Shown in pieces: positions 28,819 through 37,711 of a stretch of 64,000 nucleotides of DNA. Source of the stretch: Pseudomonadota bacterium (GTDB lineage: Bacteria; Campylobacterota; Campylobacteria; Campylobacterales; Sulfurimonadaceae); contig JAZDQA010000011.1 in NCBI GenBank assembly GCA_043797085.1, positions 128,001 through 192,000 of the forward strand, read 5' to 3'. A program made the translations under genes and the position numbers. The notes under the pieces were generated by a model, which was given only the letters and a program-made list of their open reading frames with translations, ran no database searches and was not told where the DNA came from. Each line of letters begins with the position of its first letter. Position 1 is the first letter of the stretch.

Positions 28819-29547
28819 TTATTTTGGAAAAGGGAACATCATCCGAACCCGTTGTTGGTACTCTCGGTAGGTATCCCCTAACTCTGCTATCAAATCTCTC
28901 TCCTCAAACCAAAGCCCGACAAAAATATAAATCGTAAGAGTGGATGAGAGCATCAAGTGTGAATAGGACATAGTCGGTGTAATCCATAGTCCGATAAGCA
29001 CTCCCAATTGGATCGGATGGCGTACTGCCTTATAAAACAGTTTCTCTTTGAACTCGATAGCGGGAGATGGTTTGTTAAGCAAATTTAGATAGATTTGCTG
29101 TAAACCGAAAAGTTCGAAATGGTTGATAATAAACGTCGAAAAGAGCGAAAAAGTCCAGCCGAAAAGATACCCTGCGGTTAATAAGGTTCTGCCTACTTCA
29201 TTATCCACGTGCCATAACCCCCCCTCCAATGGTTGCCAATACAGACAGATTAATCCCAACGCTACCCCCGAAAAGAGGACATAGGTACTTCTTTCTGCGG
29301 CGATAGGGATAACTTTGGTCAGATATTTTTTAAAGAGCGAGCGAGCCATTAGTGAGTGTTGCAGAGAAAACAGTAAAACCAAAGCGAGATTGATGCTCAG
29401 GGCAGTTACTAACGGCACAGGATGGTACGAGTTGATGGTAGTTGGCATAAACTTCCACTCACCGATATAGAAAATAAACCACATTTGAGCGATCAGCGCA
29501 AGTGTATAGGCAAATATTCCATAAATAAAAATAATGCTTCTACTCAT
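28819..29547 (-). CDS. mddA: Methanethiol S-methyltransferase MddA (ICMT/NnrU-like membrane methyltransferase)
   Basis: LF.LQHS.MAR..FK, ERSTYVL, TF.INHFELFGL.Q, Y..VRHPI.LG, W.TP.M...HL, EERDL....G..Y..Y. Confidence 0.78.
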   Translation of the reverse strand: MSRSIIFIYGIFAYTLALIAQMWFIFYIGEWKFMPTTINSYHPVPLVTALSINLALVLLFSLQHSLMARSLFKKYLTKVIPIAAERSTYVLFSGVALGLICLYWQPLEGGLWHVDNEVGRTLLTAGYLFGWTFSLFSTFIINHFELFGLQQIYLNLLNKPSPAIEFKEKLFYKAVRHPIQLGVLIGLWITPTMSYSHLMLSSTLTIYIFVGLWFEERDLIAELGDTYREYQQRVRMMFPFPK

Positions 29548-29624
29548 ACCGTATTATCCTTTTTTCTTTTAATGGTCTTTGTGAGTATAGCCTAAAAGTG
29601 TAGGGGGGATAGTAGAGTTCTCTC

Positions 29625-30089
29625 TTAATTTACGGTGAATTTCTGTCTCGTGACGATTCCCCAGTACGGATCGTCGTAGCACTCTTCAGTATACGCTGTT
29701 TCGTTAAAAGAGCTTATGGTTTTACGCCAAAACGCGGTGGCGTACTCAGCCCCCTGAATCTGTTTGATCTCCCACTCTCCGTGGTAACTTTTCCAGATGA
29801 CGTGGGCAAACTCCATTCCGATACCGTTCTTTCTAAAACGGGGTGCAACGTAAAACTCACATACTTCATAGGGCTGAGACACTTTACAGCGGATCGCGGT
29901 GATTCCGGCAGGGGTATTGTCGATCACGAGTAAAAAGCCTAGCGTATCGTCTCCTAGATGGGTATCGAGTTCGAACAGACCCGAAGCGTTTGGTTTTTTA
30001 CCCGTGATAGGTGAGAACTCAGCTTCATAGGATTGTATGAGATTGTGATAGATAGGGGAATTGGTTTCGGTAACAGGGGTGATTTTCAT
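29625..30089 (-). CDS. GNAT family N-acetyltransferase
   Basis: EFYV.P.FRKNGIG acetyl-CoA motif A, A..FWRK; start reassigned to ATG 30089. Confidence 0.85.
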   Translation of the reverse strand: MKITPVTETNSPIYHNLIQSYEAEFSPITGKKPNASGLFELDTHLGDDTLGFLLVIDNTPAGITAIRCKVSQPYEVCEFYVAPRFRKNGIGMEFAHVIWKSYHGEWEIKQIQGAEYATAFWRKTISSFNETAYTEECYDDPYWGIVTRQKFTVN

Positions 30090-30224
30090 AGGATTTAGTA
30101 GGTGCTTTTTTTTGCGAATTGTAGCACAACTATAGCTTGGGAATGAGTAAACAAGGGAAAAGTTGAGAAGTTTTTGGATTGATTTTGTATAATGATTTGA
30201 ATAAATTGAATAAAGATTATTGAA

Positions 30225-30470
30225 ATGCAGCAAATTAACTGGAATAAATTTAAATTTTATAAACAAGAACGATCATCCCAGCTAGGAATGGATAATTTTC
30301 AGTTATTGATCGAGTTCATTCGTGGGTATTACCATATTGTGAATCTTGATGATATCTTTGATATTCTTGAGAATGATGATCTTTCACGTCAAATGTTAGA
30401 GAAGAGGGAGATTAAAAACTCTCTCAATTTGGAAAATTATCTGTACCGTTTACAGTTATCGGCAAAGTAA
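30225..30470 (+). CDS. Small hypothetical protein
   Basis: 81-aa ORF with globular composition; TATAAT about 30 bp upstream. Confidence 0.6.
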   Translation: MQQINWNKFKFYKQERSSQLGMDNFQLLIEFIRGYYHIVNLDDIFDILENDDLSRQMLEKREIKNSLNLENYLYRLQLSAK

Positions 30471-30539
30471 TCTGAAAAAGATATTATTTATTTCTTCGAT
30501 CCTGCCGTAAATCTTTTCGATCACGAGCTCTGTCTTTTT

Positions 30540-30610
30540 CTCGCTCCCAAGCTCCAGCTTGGGAGTGTGTACCATTAGTATGCATTCCCACTCAGGAGAG
30601 TGGGAACGAG
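30540..30610. repeat. REPIN-like element copy 2 (inverted pair of REP hairpins)
   Basis: CTCGCTCCCAAGCTCCAGCTTGGGAGTG-14 nt-GCATTCCCACTCAGGAGAGTGGGAACGAG; each arm is itself a hairpin and the arms are mutual inverted repeats. Confidence 0.9.
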
Positions 30611-30642
30611 GAAAATGGCCTGTTCCATTTTTTTCTTTTTTC

Positions 30643-31635
30643 TTAATTTTCTATTTTCTGAGGAATTGAAACTAAGACACATAACCCAGTTCCTTCATTT
30701 ACCCACTGATTACATGATATTGTAATTATTTTTTTGTCTTTAGTGATATCGAGGTAATATTTTGCTCCTACAACAAAAATAGCATGTTCCCTTATTTCAA
30801 CTTCCCCGTCGCATCGTAAGTAAAATTTGAATCCATCAGTAGGCTGAAGAGCTTTAAATTGGATAAGAGACCAATGGTCAGTCCCAAATTCAGTAACTTT
30901 TAATTCTACATCAAGATGATTTTTACTATCACCGAAATCTTTTATTGGAATTGTTGCAACACTTGCTATATCTCCACCATTATTCGTTTCTTTTAATTGT
31001 GGTTTTTCATAAAATTTTCGTACACCTTCAGGATCACTAACGGCCACATATGAACAGAATGAATCACCTCCATCAGGTTGTTCAAAGCCGATTGTAATGT
31101 CGTTGTAACCTTCGGAGCTAGGATATAATCTATAGCTGTACATGGCGTCCACAGCGATTTTTCCTTTAGATGAGTCAAAATATGCATGCGAAGTTATTTG
31201 ATAATTACTTCGGACGTTTTTATGTCCAATTTCTAAAGTTTTATCAATAAAATATCCGTAATAATTCCCAATATTTGGGTATTGATTTTTTTCACTTATA
31301 GATGGTTGAATCAGTGATTTTAATGCTTCTTTTTTTCCTTCAGGATCAATATTTGCAAGAAAATTGCGACGAACAACTATGTCTTCAAGTAGACTTTGAA
31401 TCTTTTCAATGAATCCAGATGTTCCTGAAGCAAAAGAAAAAATAGCAGCAATAATAACTGAAAGACCTATTGCTTCAATAGATTTTATAAATATGGAGAG
31501 AGAATAAGTTCTTGAAGTTGATGGATAATGAAGATCTAGTATAATTGAAATCAGTAATAGGAGAATACCTATCCAAACATAATTAATGAAGAATCTTTCA
31601 AGCCAATGGAATGTTTTCGTTATTGATTCGTTCAT
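30643..31635 (-). CDS. Hypothetical protein with two N-terminal TM helices and a beta-rich C-terminal domain (AT-rich)
   Basis: 330-aa ORF; two hydrophobic segments within the first ~75 aa; AAGGT RBS. Confidence 0.85.
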   Translation of the reverse strand: MNESITKTFHWLERFFINYVWIGILLLLISIILDLHYPSTSRTYSLSIFIKSIEAIGLSVIIAAIFSFASGTSGFIEKIQSLLEDIVVRRNFLANIDPEGKKEALKSLIQPSISEKNQYPNIGNYYGYFIDKTLEIGHKNVRSNYQITSHAYFDSSKGKIAVDAMYSYRLYPSSEGYNDITIGFEQPDGGDSFCSYVAVSDPEGVRKFYEKPQLKETNNGGDIASVATIPIKDFGDSKNHLDVELKVTEFGTDHWSLIQFKALQPTDGFKFYLRCDGEVEIREHAIFVVGAKYYLDITKDKKIITISCNQWVNEGTGLCVLVSIPQKIEN

Positions 31636-31783
31636 ATACTTACCTTGTAAAAATTAAAATATGTTATTGTACTATATATTTCAGAGAAGATGGCATATAA
31701 AGATAAAATGTTTGAATAAAAAAAAGCTTTTGATAGGCAGTTTGCTGCGCGTGGGCATTCCGCCGATGAAAACTCAGCGTTTT

Positions 31784-31890
31784 CTCGCTCCTAAGCTCCA
31801 GCTTGGGAGTGTATACCATTTTCTTGCTCCCACTCTCCTGAGTGGGAGTGTCTATACGGTACGCATTCCCACTTGGAAAGTGGGAACGAG
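31784..31890. repeat. REPIN-like composite copy 3 (three REP hairpins)
   Basis: 31784-31820 is 35/37 identical to 30540-30576; followed by a full inverted pair at 31823-31890 ending GTGGGAACGAG. Confidence 0.9.
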
Positions 31891-31902
31891 GGATAGAATA
31901 TT

Positions 31903-33207
31903 TTATTGGCGTCTTACTATCTCTAATGCATCAGGATCGGTAGTGTTATTTTCAATGTAATTTTTGATTAAAGATCTATTTGATGAAATAATTTTACCCC
32001 ATTGAGTATTCCATGATTGATAAGCATGCCACGAAAAACCAAGAAGTAATTTCTTAGACATAGTATTCATTGATCTAAGTGTTGCAGCTAAAAATATATT
32101 TTCAATGGATGTATTTTTTAGTTCCAAAATACTAGCAAGATAAATTAGCCATTTTGCTAAATGCACATACTGATTCCACGCATTATTTTCAAGTGTCAAT
32201 TCAATTTTTGATTCTAATATTCTTCCTAAAGCACTAACCACTCTATCGTCATTTATACTTATTCCTATTGCTGCTAGAGAAGAAATTATTTCAAAAAAAG
32301 TATTTTCATCTCTTAAAAAGTCTTTACTAAAATAATGATTATCGTAGATTACTTTTTTTATGTTTGAAAGAGATGCTTCAGTACATTTTTCTGCATTTGG
32401 TATGGAAGCATTTAGCTTAGTAAAAAAACTATGTATATCAATATTATCCAATACTCTTATACCATAGCTATGAAAGTAATAATCTTTAACTTGCTGAGAC
32501 ACTTCTGATCTAGAGATCAAAAATATATTAGAACTTATAATATGATTTCGAGAAAAACCTTTATAGTCGCTAATAATTGCCTTTAAGTTAGTATCACCTA
32601 ACGAATAACCTAAAATAACAATTATATTTTCATGCAAAATAGTACTTAGTTTTCTTGAGAAGTATGATTCTTTATTGATGAATTTAAAATAATCATCAGA
32701 TGTAACAACCATGTTCTCTGGTACATCAATAGACCCATGTACGTGGTAAACTTTAATTTTAGCCTGTGAACGAGGTATCGGTAAGCCTGGAGTTAAGGAG
32801 TGGCAATCTGATTCACCAGTGAGTTTTTCAATTAACTTATCATAATTAGTTGTTACAATCCTTAAAGATCTAGTTGATAAAAATTCAGTTATTGAAGAAT
32901 TGTCACCATCCAGTTCTATGGATTTTATTAGATTGGCTATTAATTGATGAATATTTTTTTCTTGCTTTAGTAGTTCAATGGAGATGATTTGTGCAGCTTC
33001 TTCTAAATTAAGTGGATTTTTTCCATTGGATGGGAAGAGAGCTTCTTTTAGTGAATTAGGTTGCTCGGTCATATCGCACATTGATTCTAAAAGAGCTTGC
33101 CAACTTGGTGCATTATTCCCAGTAACGGCTTTTGAAAAGCCTGTTCCTGTGAATAAACATAATCTATTAGATACTGCTGCATAAGCAATTTCAAAAAAAT
33201 CACTCAA
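31903..33207 (-). CDS. SIR2-family (SIR2_2) NADase-like protein, probable anti-phage effector
   Basis: LCLFTGTGFS, PSW..LL, IVTTNYD.LIE, YHVHGS, V.T.DDY, ILGYSL.D.N; AT-rich; TTG start 36 bp after htpG. Confidence 0.9.
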   Translation of the reverse strand: MSDFFEIAYAAVSNRLCLFTGTGFSKAVTGNNAPSWQALLESMCDMTEQPNSLKEALFPSNGKNPLNLEEAAQIISIELLKQEKNIHQLIANLIKSIELDGDNSSITEFLSTRSLRIVTTNYDKLIEKLTGESDCHSLTPGLPIPRSQAKIKVYHVHGSIDVPENMVVTSDDYFKFINKESYFSRKLSTILHENIIVILGYSLGDTNLKAIISDYKGFSRNHIISSNIFLISRSEVSQQVKDYYFHSYGIRVLDNIDIHSFFTKLNASIPNAEKCTEASLSNIKKVIYDNHYFSKDFLRDENTFFEIISSLAAIGISINDDRVVSALGRILESKIELTLENNAWNQYVHLAKWLIYLASILELKNTSIENIFLAATLRSMNTMSKKLLLGFSWHAYQSWNTQWGKIISSNRSLIKNYIENNTTDPDALEIVRRQ

Positions 33208-33243
33208 ATTTTATTTCTGAATAAAAAGTTAAGTAGCATGGTA

Positions 33244-35124
33244 CTACAGCGCTTTCGCCATAATGCGATTCAATCGTGCAATAAACCCTGCGGTATCGGC
33301 AAGCGTTTCACCCTCATACAATTTCGCCTGATCGAGCAACACATGCGCCGCATCGTCGATGAGGTTCATATCTGCTGAGTCGCTGAGTTTTTTAATCAAC
33401 TCATGGTTTGGATTGATTTGTAGGATTTGTTTTGGTGCTGGGATGTCTCCTCCCATGTTGCCGAATTGTTTCATCATCTGTGCCATCATGTAGCCTGAAT
33501 CTTCTTTATCGATTTTCAGACAGACGGCAGAATCTGTGAGGTCGAACGTCGTTTCGACTTTTGATACGTTTTCACCCAATGCGCTTTGGAGCTGAGTGAT
33601 AAATGATTCAAGTGTTTTTGCTGTCTCTTCGTGCTCTTTTTTCTCTTCTTCGCTCTCTTCGAGAACTGCATCCGTGACATTGATAAATTTGTACTCTTTG
33701 TACTCACTTACCATTGGGAATACGATGGTGTCGATCTCTTCGTTCAATACTAGAACATCAATCCCTTTGGCTTTGAAACGCTCTAGGCTCGGAGAGTTTT
33801 TGAGCATTTGGAGGGACATTTTTGCGGTAATGAAATAAATTTCTTTCTTTTCAGCGTCTGCACCTTCGACGAATTTGCTGAACATTACCGGCTCGGCGCT
33901 GTTGAGTGTGTTGAGCTTGAGAAGTTCCAAGATTTTTTCACGGTTGCCCATGTCGCTGTAAAGACCCTCTTTGAGAACGTTACCGAACTCTTTGTAGAAT
34001 GCGTCGTATTTCTCTGTGTCGTTTTCAGAGACTTTTGAAAGCTCACCCAACACTTTTTTGACTGAAGCGTTTTTGATTTTCGCCATAACGCGGTTGCTTT
34101 GCAAGATCTCACGGCTGACGTTCAACGGAAGATCAGCTGAGTCGATTACCCCGCGAAGGAAACGCAAGTAGGTTGGCATAAGCTCTTTTTCATCGTCGGT
34201 GATAAAGACACGGTTGATGTAGAGTTTGATACCGCTTTGGTAATCGACACGGTACAAGTCCATCGGTGCTTTAGACGGTACGTAGAAGAGGGTGGTGTAT
34301 TCTAACGCCCCCTCGGCTTTGTTGTGCATCCACAACAATGGCTCGCTTGAATCGTGTGCGATGCTGGAGTAGAAGTCTTTGTACTCTTCCTCACTGATGT
34401 CGCTTTTACCGATTGTCCACAATGCGTTGGCTTTGTTCACTTGGACGTTTTTAGTTTCGTTGTGCCCTTTTTCTTCGCCCTCAGCTGCGGCTACCCATTC
34501 CTCTTTGTCCATAAAAATTGGGAAAGGGATATGGTTAGAGTATTTTTTGATAATGCTCTCGATACGGTGAGTCTCTAGGAACTCTGCTTCATCGTCTTTT
34601 AGGTGCATGATGATGCTTGTACCGTGAGTATCACGCTCTGCGGGTTCGAGATCATATTCTGACCCTGCCATTGAGCTCCATTTGTAGGCTTGCTCTTCTC
34701 CGGCTTTGCGGCTTATAACTTCGACTTTATCCGCTACCATAAACGACGCATAGAAACCGACACCGAACTGACCGATAAGGTTGGAGTCTTTTTTCTGATC
34801 TCCGCTGAGCTTGTCTAGGAACGCTTTGGTACCCGATTTCGCGATGGTTCCGAGGTTTTCGACCAAATCCGCTTCGTTCATACCGATACCGCTGTCGCTA
34901 ATGGTGAGAGTTTTCGCTTCTTTATCGATGATGATGTCAACACGCGGGTTAAATGAAATCCCTTTATACGCGTCATCAGTGAGGACGAGCATGTTAAGTT
35001 TATCGAGCGCATCCGAAGAGTTTGATACGAGTTCACGGACGAAAATCTCTTTATTAGAATAAAGAGAGTGGATCATAAGATGTAAAATTTGTGAGACTTC
35101 AGTTTGAAATTGATGTTTTGCCAT
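33244..35124 (-). CDS. htpG: Molecular chaperone HtpG (Hsp90)
   Basis: HSLYSNKEIF.RELVSN.SDALDK, NLGTIAKSGT, IGQFGVGFY, DLPLNVSRE.LQ. Confidence 0.99.
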   Translation of the reverse strand: MAKHQFQTEVSQILHLMIHSLYSNKEIFVRELVSNSSDALDKLNMLVLTDDAYKGISFNPRVDIIIDKEAKTLTISDSGIGMNEADLVENLGTIAKSGTKAFLDKLSGDQKKDSNLIGQFGVGFYASFMVADKVEVISRKAGEEQAYKWSSMAGSEYDLEPAERDTHGTSIIMHLKDDEAEFLETHRIESIIKKYSNHIPFPIFMDKEEWVAAAEGEEKGHNETKNVQVNKANALWTIGKSDISEEEYKDFYSSIAHDSSEPLLWMHNKAEGALEYTTLFYVPSKAPMDLYRVDYQSGIKLYINRVFITDDEKELMPTYLRFLRGVIDSADLPLNVSREILQSNRVMAKIKNASVKKVLGELSKVSENDTEKYDAFYKEFGNVLKEGLYSDMGNREKILELLKLNTLNSAEPVMFSKFVEGADAEKKEIYFITAKMSLQMLKNSPSLERFKAKGIDVLVLNEEIDTIVFPMVSEYKEYKFINVTDAVLEESEEEKKEHEETAKTLESFITQLQSALGENVSKVETTFDLTDSAVCLKIDKEDSGYMMAQMMKQFGNMGGDIPAPKQILQINPNHELIKKLSDSADMNLIDDAAHVLLDQAKLYEGETLADTAGFIARLNRIMAKAL

Positions 35125-35200
35125 GATGAATTCCTTTGGTTATTTTTATGTGGTGCGATTTTAACGAAATTGGATTAATAATGCAAGAAGTATCAAGATA

Positions 35201-35221
35201 GTTGAGTCTATAGGACTAATA
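35201..35221. promoter_or_regulatory. HAIR-like (HspR) operator upstream of htpG
   Basis: gTTGAGT-ctatagg-ACTaAt versus the consensus CTTGAGT-N7-ACTCAAG. Confidence 0.6.
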
Positions 35222-35944
35222 TTTTATATGTGTTAAATATAAGCCGTTATGCGCAGCGATGTCGGTCGAGTGGCGTTTGATACAGTTTAGCTGTTCGAGT
35301 AACTGCTCTTTGGTTGATTTACCGGCAGAGATACGCAGTAAAAATCCGACCATAAGACGGATTTGTGAGCGTAAAAAACCGCTTCCTTCAAAACAGAGGA
35401 CTAAATACCCTTTGTGCTTGTAGGCGTAAGCACGATAGATGATACGGGTGAAATGCTCTAAATCATTTCCGCTTTTTTTAAAGAATTCAAAATTATGGGT
35501 TCCCTCGAAAAGTTTGATCGCATCGATGATGGCTTCAGCATTGAGAGAGGGGACAAAGGTGACGAAGTTGTCCGCAAAAGGGTTAGTGTTTCCCTCTTTT
35601 AGGATGTAACGATAGACTCGTTTGCGTGCTGTGTAGCGAGCATGAAATTCAGCGTCAACAAACTCGATGCGTCTAATGCGAATGGAAGCGGGTAACTGCA
35701 TGTTGAGCATATCTTTGAGACGTCGCAGATCACTCCAATACAAAGGTAAATCAAGGTGCATGACTTGGTGTGTAGCGTGAACACCGCGATCGGTTCTTCC
35801 TGAACCTTTTGGGAGGGTGTGGATCTGCAATCGCCGTAATGCTATGATGAGGGTTCCTATGACAGTGTTCGTCGTGTCAGGTTGTTGTTGTGAACCCATA
35901 AATGCCGAGCCGTTGTAACTCATGGTGATTTTGACACGATTCAA
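35216..35944 (-). CDS. truA: tRNA pseudouridine(38-40) synthase
   Basis: Y.GS.F.G.Q.Q, SGRTDRGVHA, FHARY.A..R.Y.Y, GFLRSQIR.MVG, GLYL. Confidence 0.97.
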   Translation of the reverse strand: MNRVKITMSYNGSAFMGSQQQPDTTNTVIGTLIIALRRLQIHTLPKGSGRTDRGVHATHQVMHLDLPLYWSDLRRLKDMLNMQLPASIRIRRIEFVDAEFHARYTARKRVYRYILKEGNTNPFADNFVTFVPSLNAEAIIDAIKLFEGTHNFEFFKKSGNDLEHFTRIIYRAYAYKHKGYLVLCFEGSGFLRSQIRLMVGFLLRISAGKSTKEQLLEQLNCIKRHSTDIAAHNGLYLTHIKY

Positions 35945-36966
35945 AAGCGATTACCCACAAGCCGTTTATAAATCAAATACGTCCCGATTATCCAGCCAAG
36001 CGAAACTGCCCAAATGGCGTGAAATCCAAGCCACTGTTGCGTAATGATTGCACAGGAATAAAAAATGATAACGGAAATAAAGAGCCACAAATAAATCCAA
36101 CGTTTTTGGTGACGTGCGTGAACAACACCAAGCGCAACGATTAGAAAAAGTGAGAGGGTGGGGAGCAGGCTTAAAAGGGCATTGGTTATAAGTAAGCGTG
36201 TCCGAAACTTCTGATTGGTCGGTGATGCGGTCCAATACTCTAGGGTATTGGTGTAAAAGTTGCTGTCGCTTTTTATGACATCGTTTATAGTAAGATGTTT
36301 ATAGTTCATTCTTCTGAGGTTCTCATCTTTATAGGTGTATCCTTCGCCGTCGGTGAGACGCAGTTGCAAATTGCCGTTTGCATTGATAAGTTCAGCGGTA
36401 TGAGCCACCAAAAGAACCTCTTCTTTGAGATCTTTGTTAAATAAGACGACGTCTCCATAAGCTCGAGCATTGTTGTCGCTTTTGTTGATGAAGAGCATCC
36501 AATCACCAAAATTATGACCGAATTCGGAAGCCGTCAGGTTGAATTTTGCTTCTTCTTTTTTTTGAGCCAAGAAGTCTTTGGATATTGAATTGACATACGG
36601 AGTCACGATCAGATAATTAACGAATAAAAGAATTGTCAGTAAAAAAGCAGGAAGAGCTAATATTCGTACTAAAAATGCAGGAGAGATTCCCAGTGAAAAA
36701 ACCACGACCATTTCATTGTCATTGGAGAGGCGATAAAGGGTGAGAGCACTTGCAATAACCAAGGAAATAGGGAGGGTGTAAAACAACAATTCGGGTAAAA
36801 CGAAAAGATAAAGTTTCCCCATTTCACCAATATTGAGCTGAATGATTGCCGTATAGGTAGCCAGTTTTATCATAAAAATAACCGATGCGATGGTAAACAA
36901 CGGGATAAATATAGAGAAAAAAAGTACGTTTAGATGAGAAAAAATATAGCGGCGCAATTTACCCAT
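35941..36966 (-). CDS. lptF: LptF/LptG family permease
   Basis: LP.LL.YTLP.S, RLS.DNE...FSLG.SP; multi-TM; conserved position. Confidence 0.85.
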   Translation of the reverse strand: MGKLRRYIFSHLNVLFFSIFIPLFTIASVIFMIKLATYTAIIQLNIGEMGKLYLFVLPELLFYTLPISLVIASALTLYRLSNDNEMVVVFSLGISPAFLVRILALPAFLLTILLFVNYLIVTPYVNSISKDFLAQKKEEAKFNLTASEFGHNFGDWMLFINKSDNNARAYGDVVLFNKDLKEEVLLVAHTAELINANGNLQLRLTDGEGYTYKDENLRRMNYKHLTINDVIKSDSNFYTNTLEYWTASPTNQKFRTRLLITNALLSLLPTLSLFLIVALGVVHARHQKRWIYLWLFISVIIFYSCAIITQQWLGFHAIWAVSLGWIIGTYLIYKRLVGNRF

Positions 36967-37711
36967 ATAAACCTGCTAGATAGGTTGATAGATAAGTGTC
37001 AAACATAAGTACAATCCACGTTGCTATCGCTAAAAATGGGATAAAAGGGAGCTGATGGGAATCTTCATCCTCTTTGTTTCTGGTAAGCAATAATGCAGGC
37101 AAAGCCAGCAGTGCTGAAAGAAAGATAGCGATAAGGGCAAGCTGGACTCCAAGCACGGCACCCATGGTTGCAGCAATCATAATGTCCGCTTCTCCCATCG
37201 CCTCTTTTTTCAAAGCATAGGAGAGATAAAAACGCAACAATGTAAATCCGCCGGCAAAGAGGAGGGCGTTGGTAAAATTGTAGCCCAATTGTCCCAATGA
37301 TGTTGCGCTCAAAATAGCGAATGTGAGAGCGGCGAGGTTCAGGCTATCGGGAACCATTTTGTAATAAAAATCGATAACAGAGAGGGCAAGTAAAAGAGTG
37401 AATACGAGTGCTATTCCAAATGCGTGGAGATTCATACCCAGCTTCATTGCGGTAAAGAGAAAAATCAAAGCACTCACTATTTCAATGATTGGGTATTGTA
37501 CCGATATTTTAGCACCGCAAAAACTGCATTTGCCTCGTAAAAAAAGCCATGAAAAAATGGGAATATTATGCCAAGCACGCAGGGGTGTATTACAGCTCAT
37601 GCAGTGAGATGCCGGAAAAGAGACACTCTCATCACGCGGTGTCCGAACAATCAATACGTTCATAAATGAGCCGATTGCAGCTCCTAAAATAAAGACTAAT
37701 AGCCACTCCAT
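36959..37711 (-). CDS. pilD: Prepilin peptidase (A24)
   Basis: GSF.NV.I.R, S.C..C...L....NIP..SW..LRG.C..C, ID, MG.AD, PF.PFL. Confidence 0.92.
   Translation of the reverse strand: MEWLLVFILGAAIGSFMNVLIVRTPRDESVSFPASHCMSCNTPLRAWHNIPIFSWLFLRGKCSFCGAKISVQYPIIEIVSALIFLFTAMKLGMNLHAFGIALVFTLLLALSVIDFYYKMVPDSLNLAALTFAILSATSLGQLGYNFTNALLFAGGFTLLRFYLSYALKKEAMGEADIMIAATMGAVLGVQLALIAIFLSALLALPALLLTRNKEDEDSHQLPFIPFLAIATWIVLMFDTYLSTYLAGLYG

Noticed and set aside
30480..30539. Possible gene remnant (EKKTELVIEKIYGRIEE, minus strand) truncated by a REPIN
   Set aside because: Too short to assign without a search.
27751..31890. Palindromic repeats as a CRISPR array or as integron attC sites
   Set aside because: Units are inverted pairs separated by kilobases, with no regular spacers or cas genes; they lack RYYYAAC/GTTRRRY ends and no IntI is present.
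31661..31960. 99-aa ORF, and likewise 27529-27789
   Set aside because: Largely translations of the REP repeats (LAPKLQLGSVYH / LAPMLQFGSVYH); probably spurious.
36959..37711. Prepilin peptidase as a sign of a pilus island
   Set aside because: Sits in the ordinary conserved uppS-pilD-lptF-truA cluster; no pilin genes nearby.
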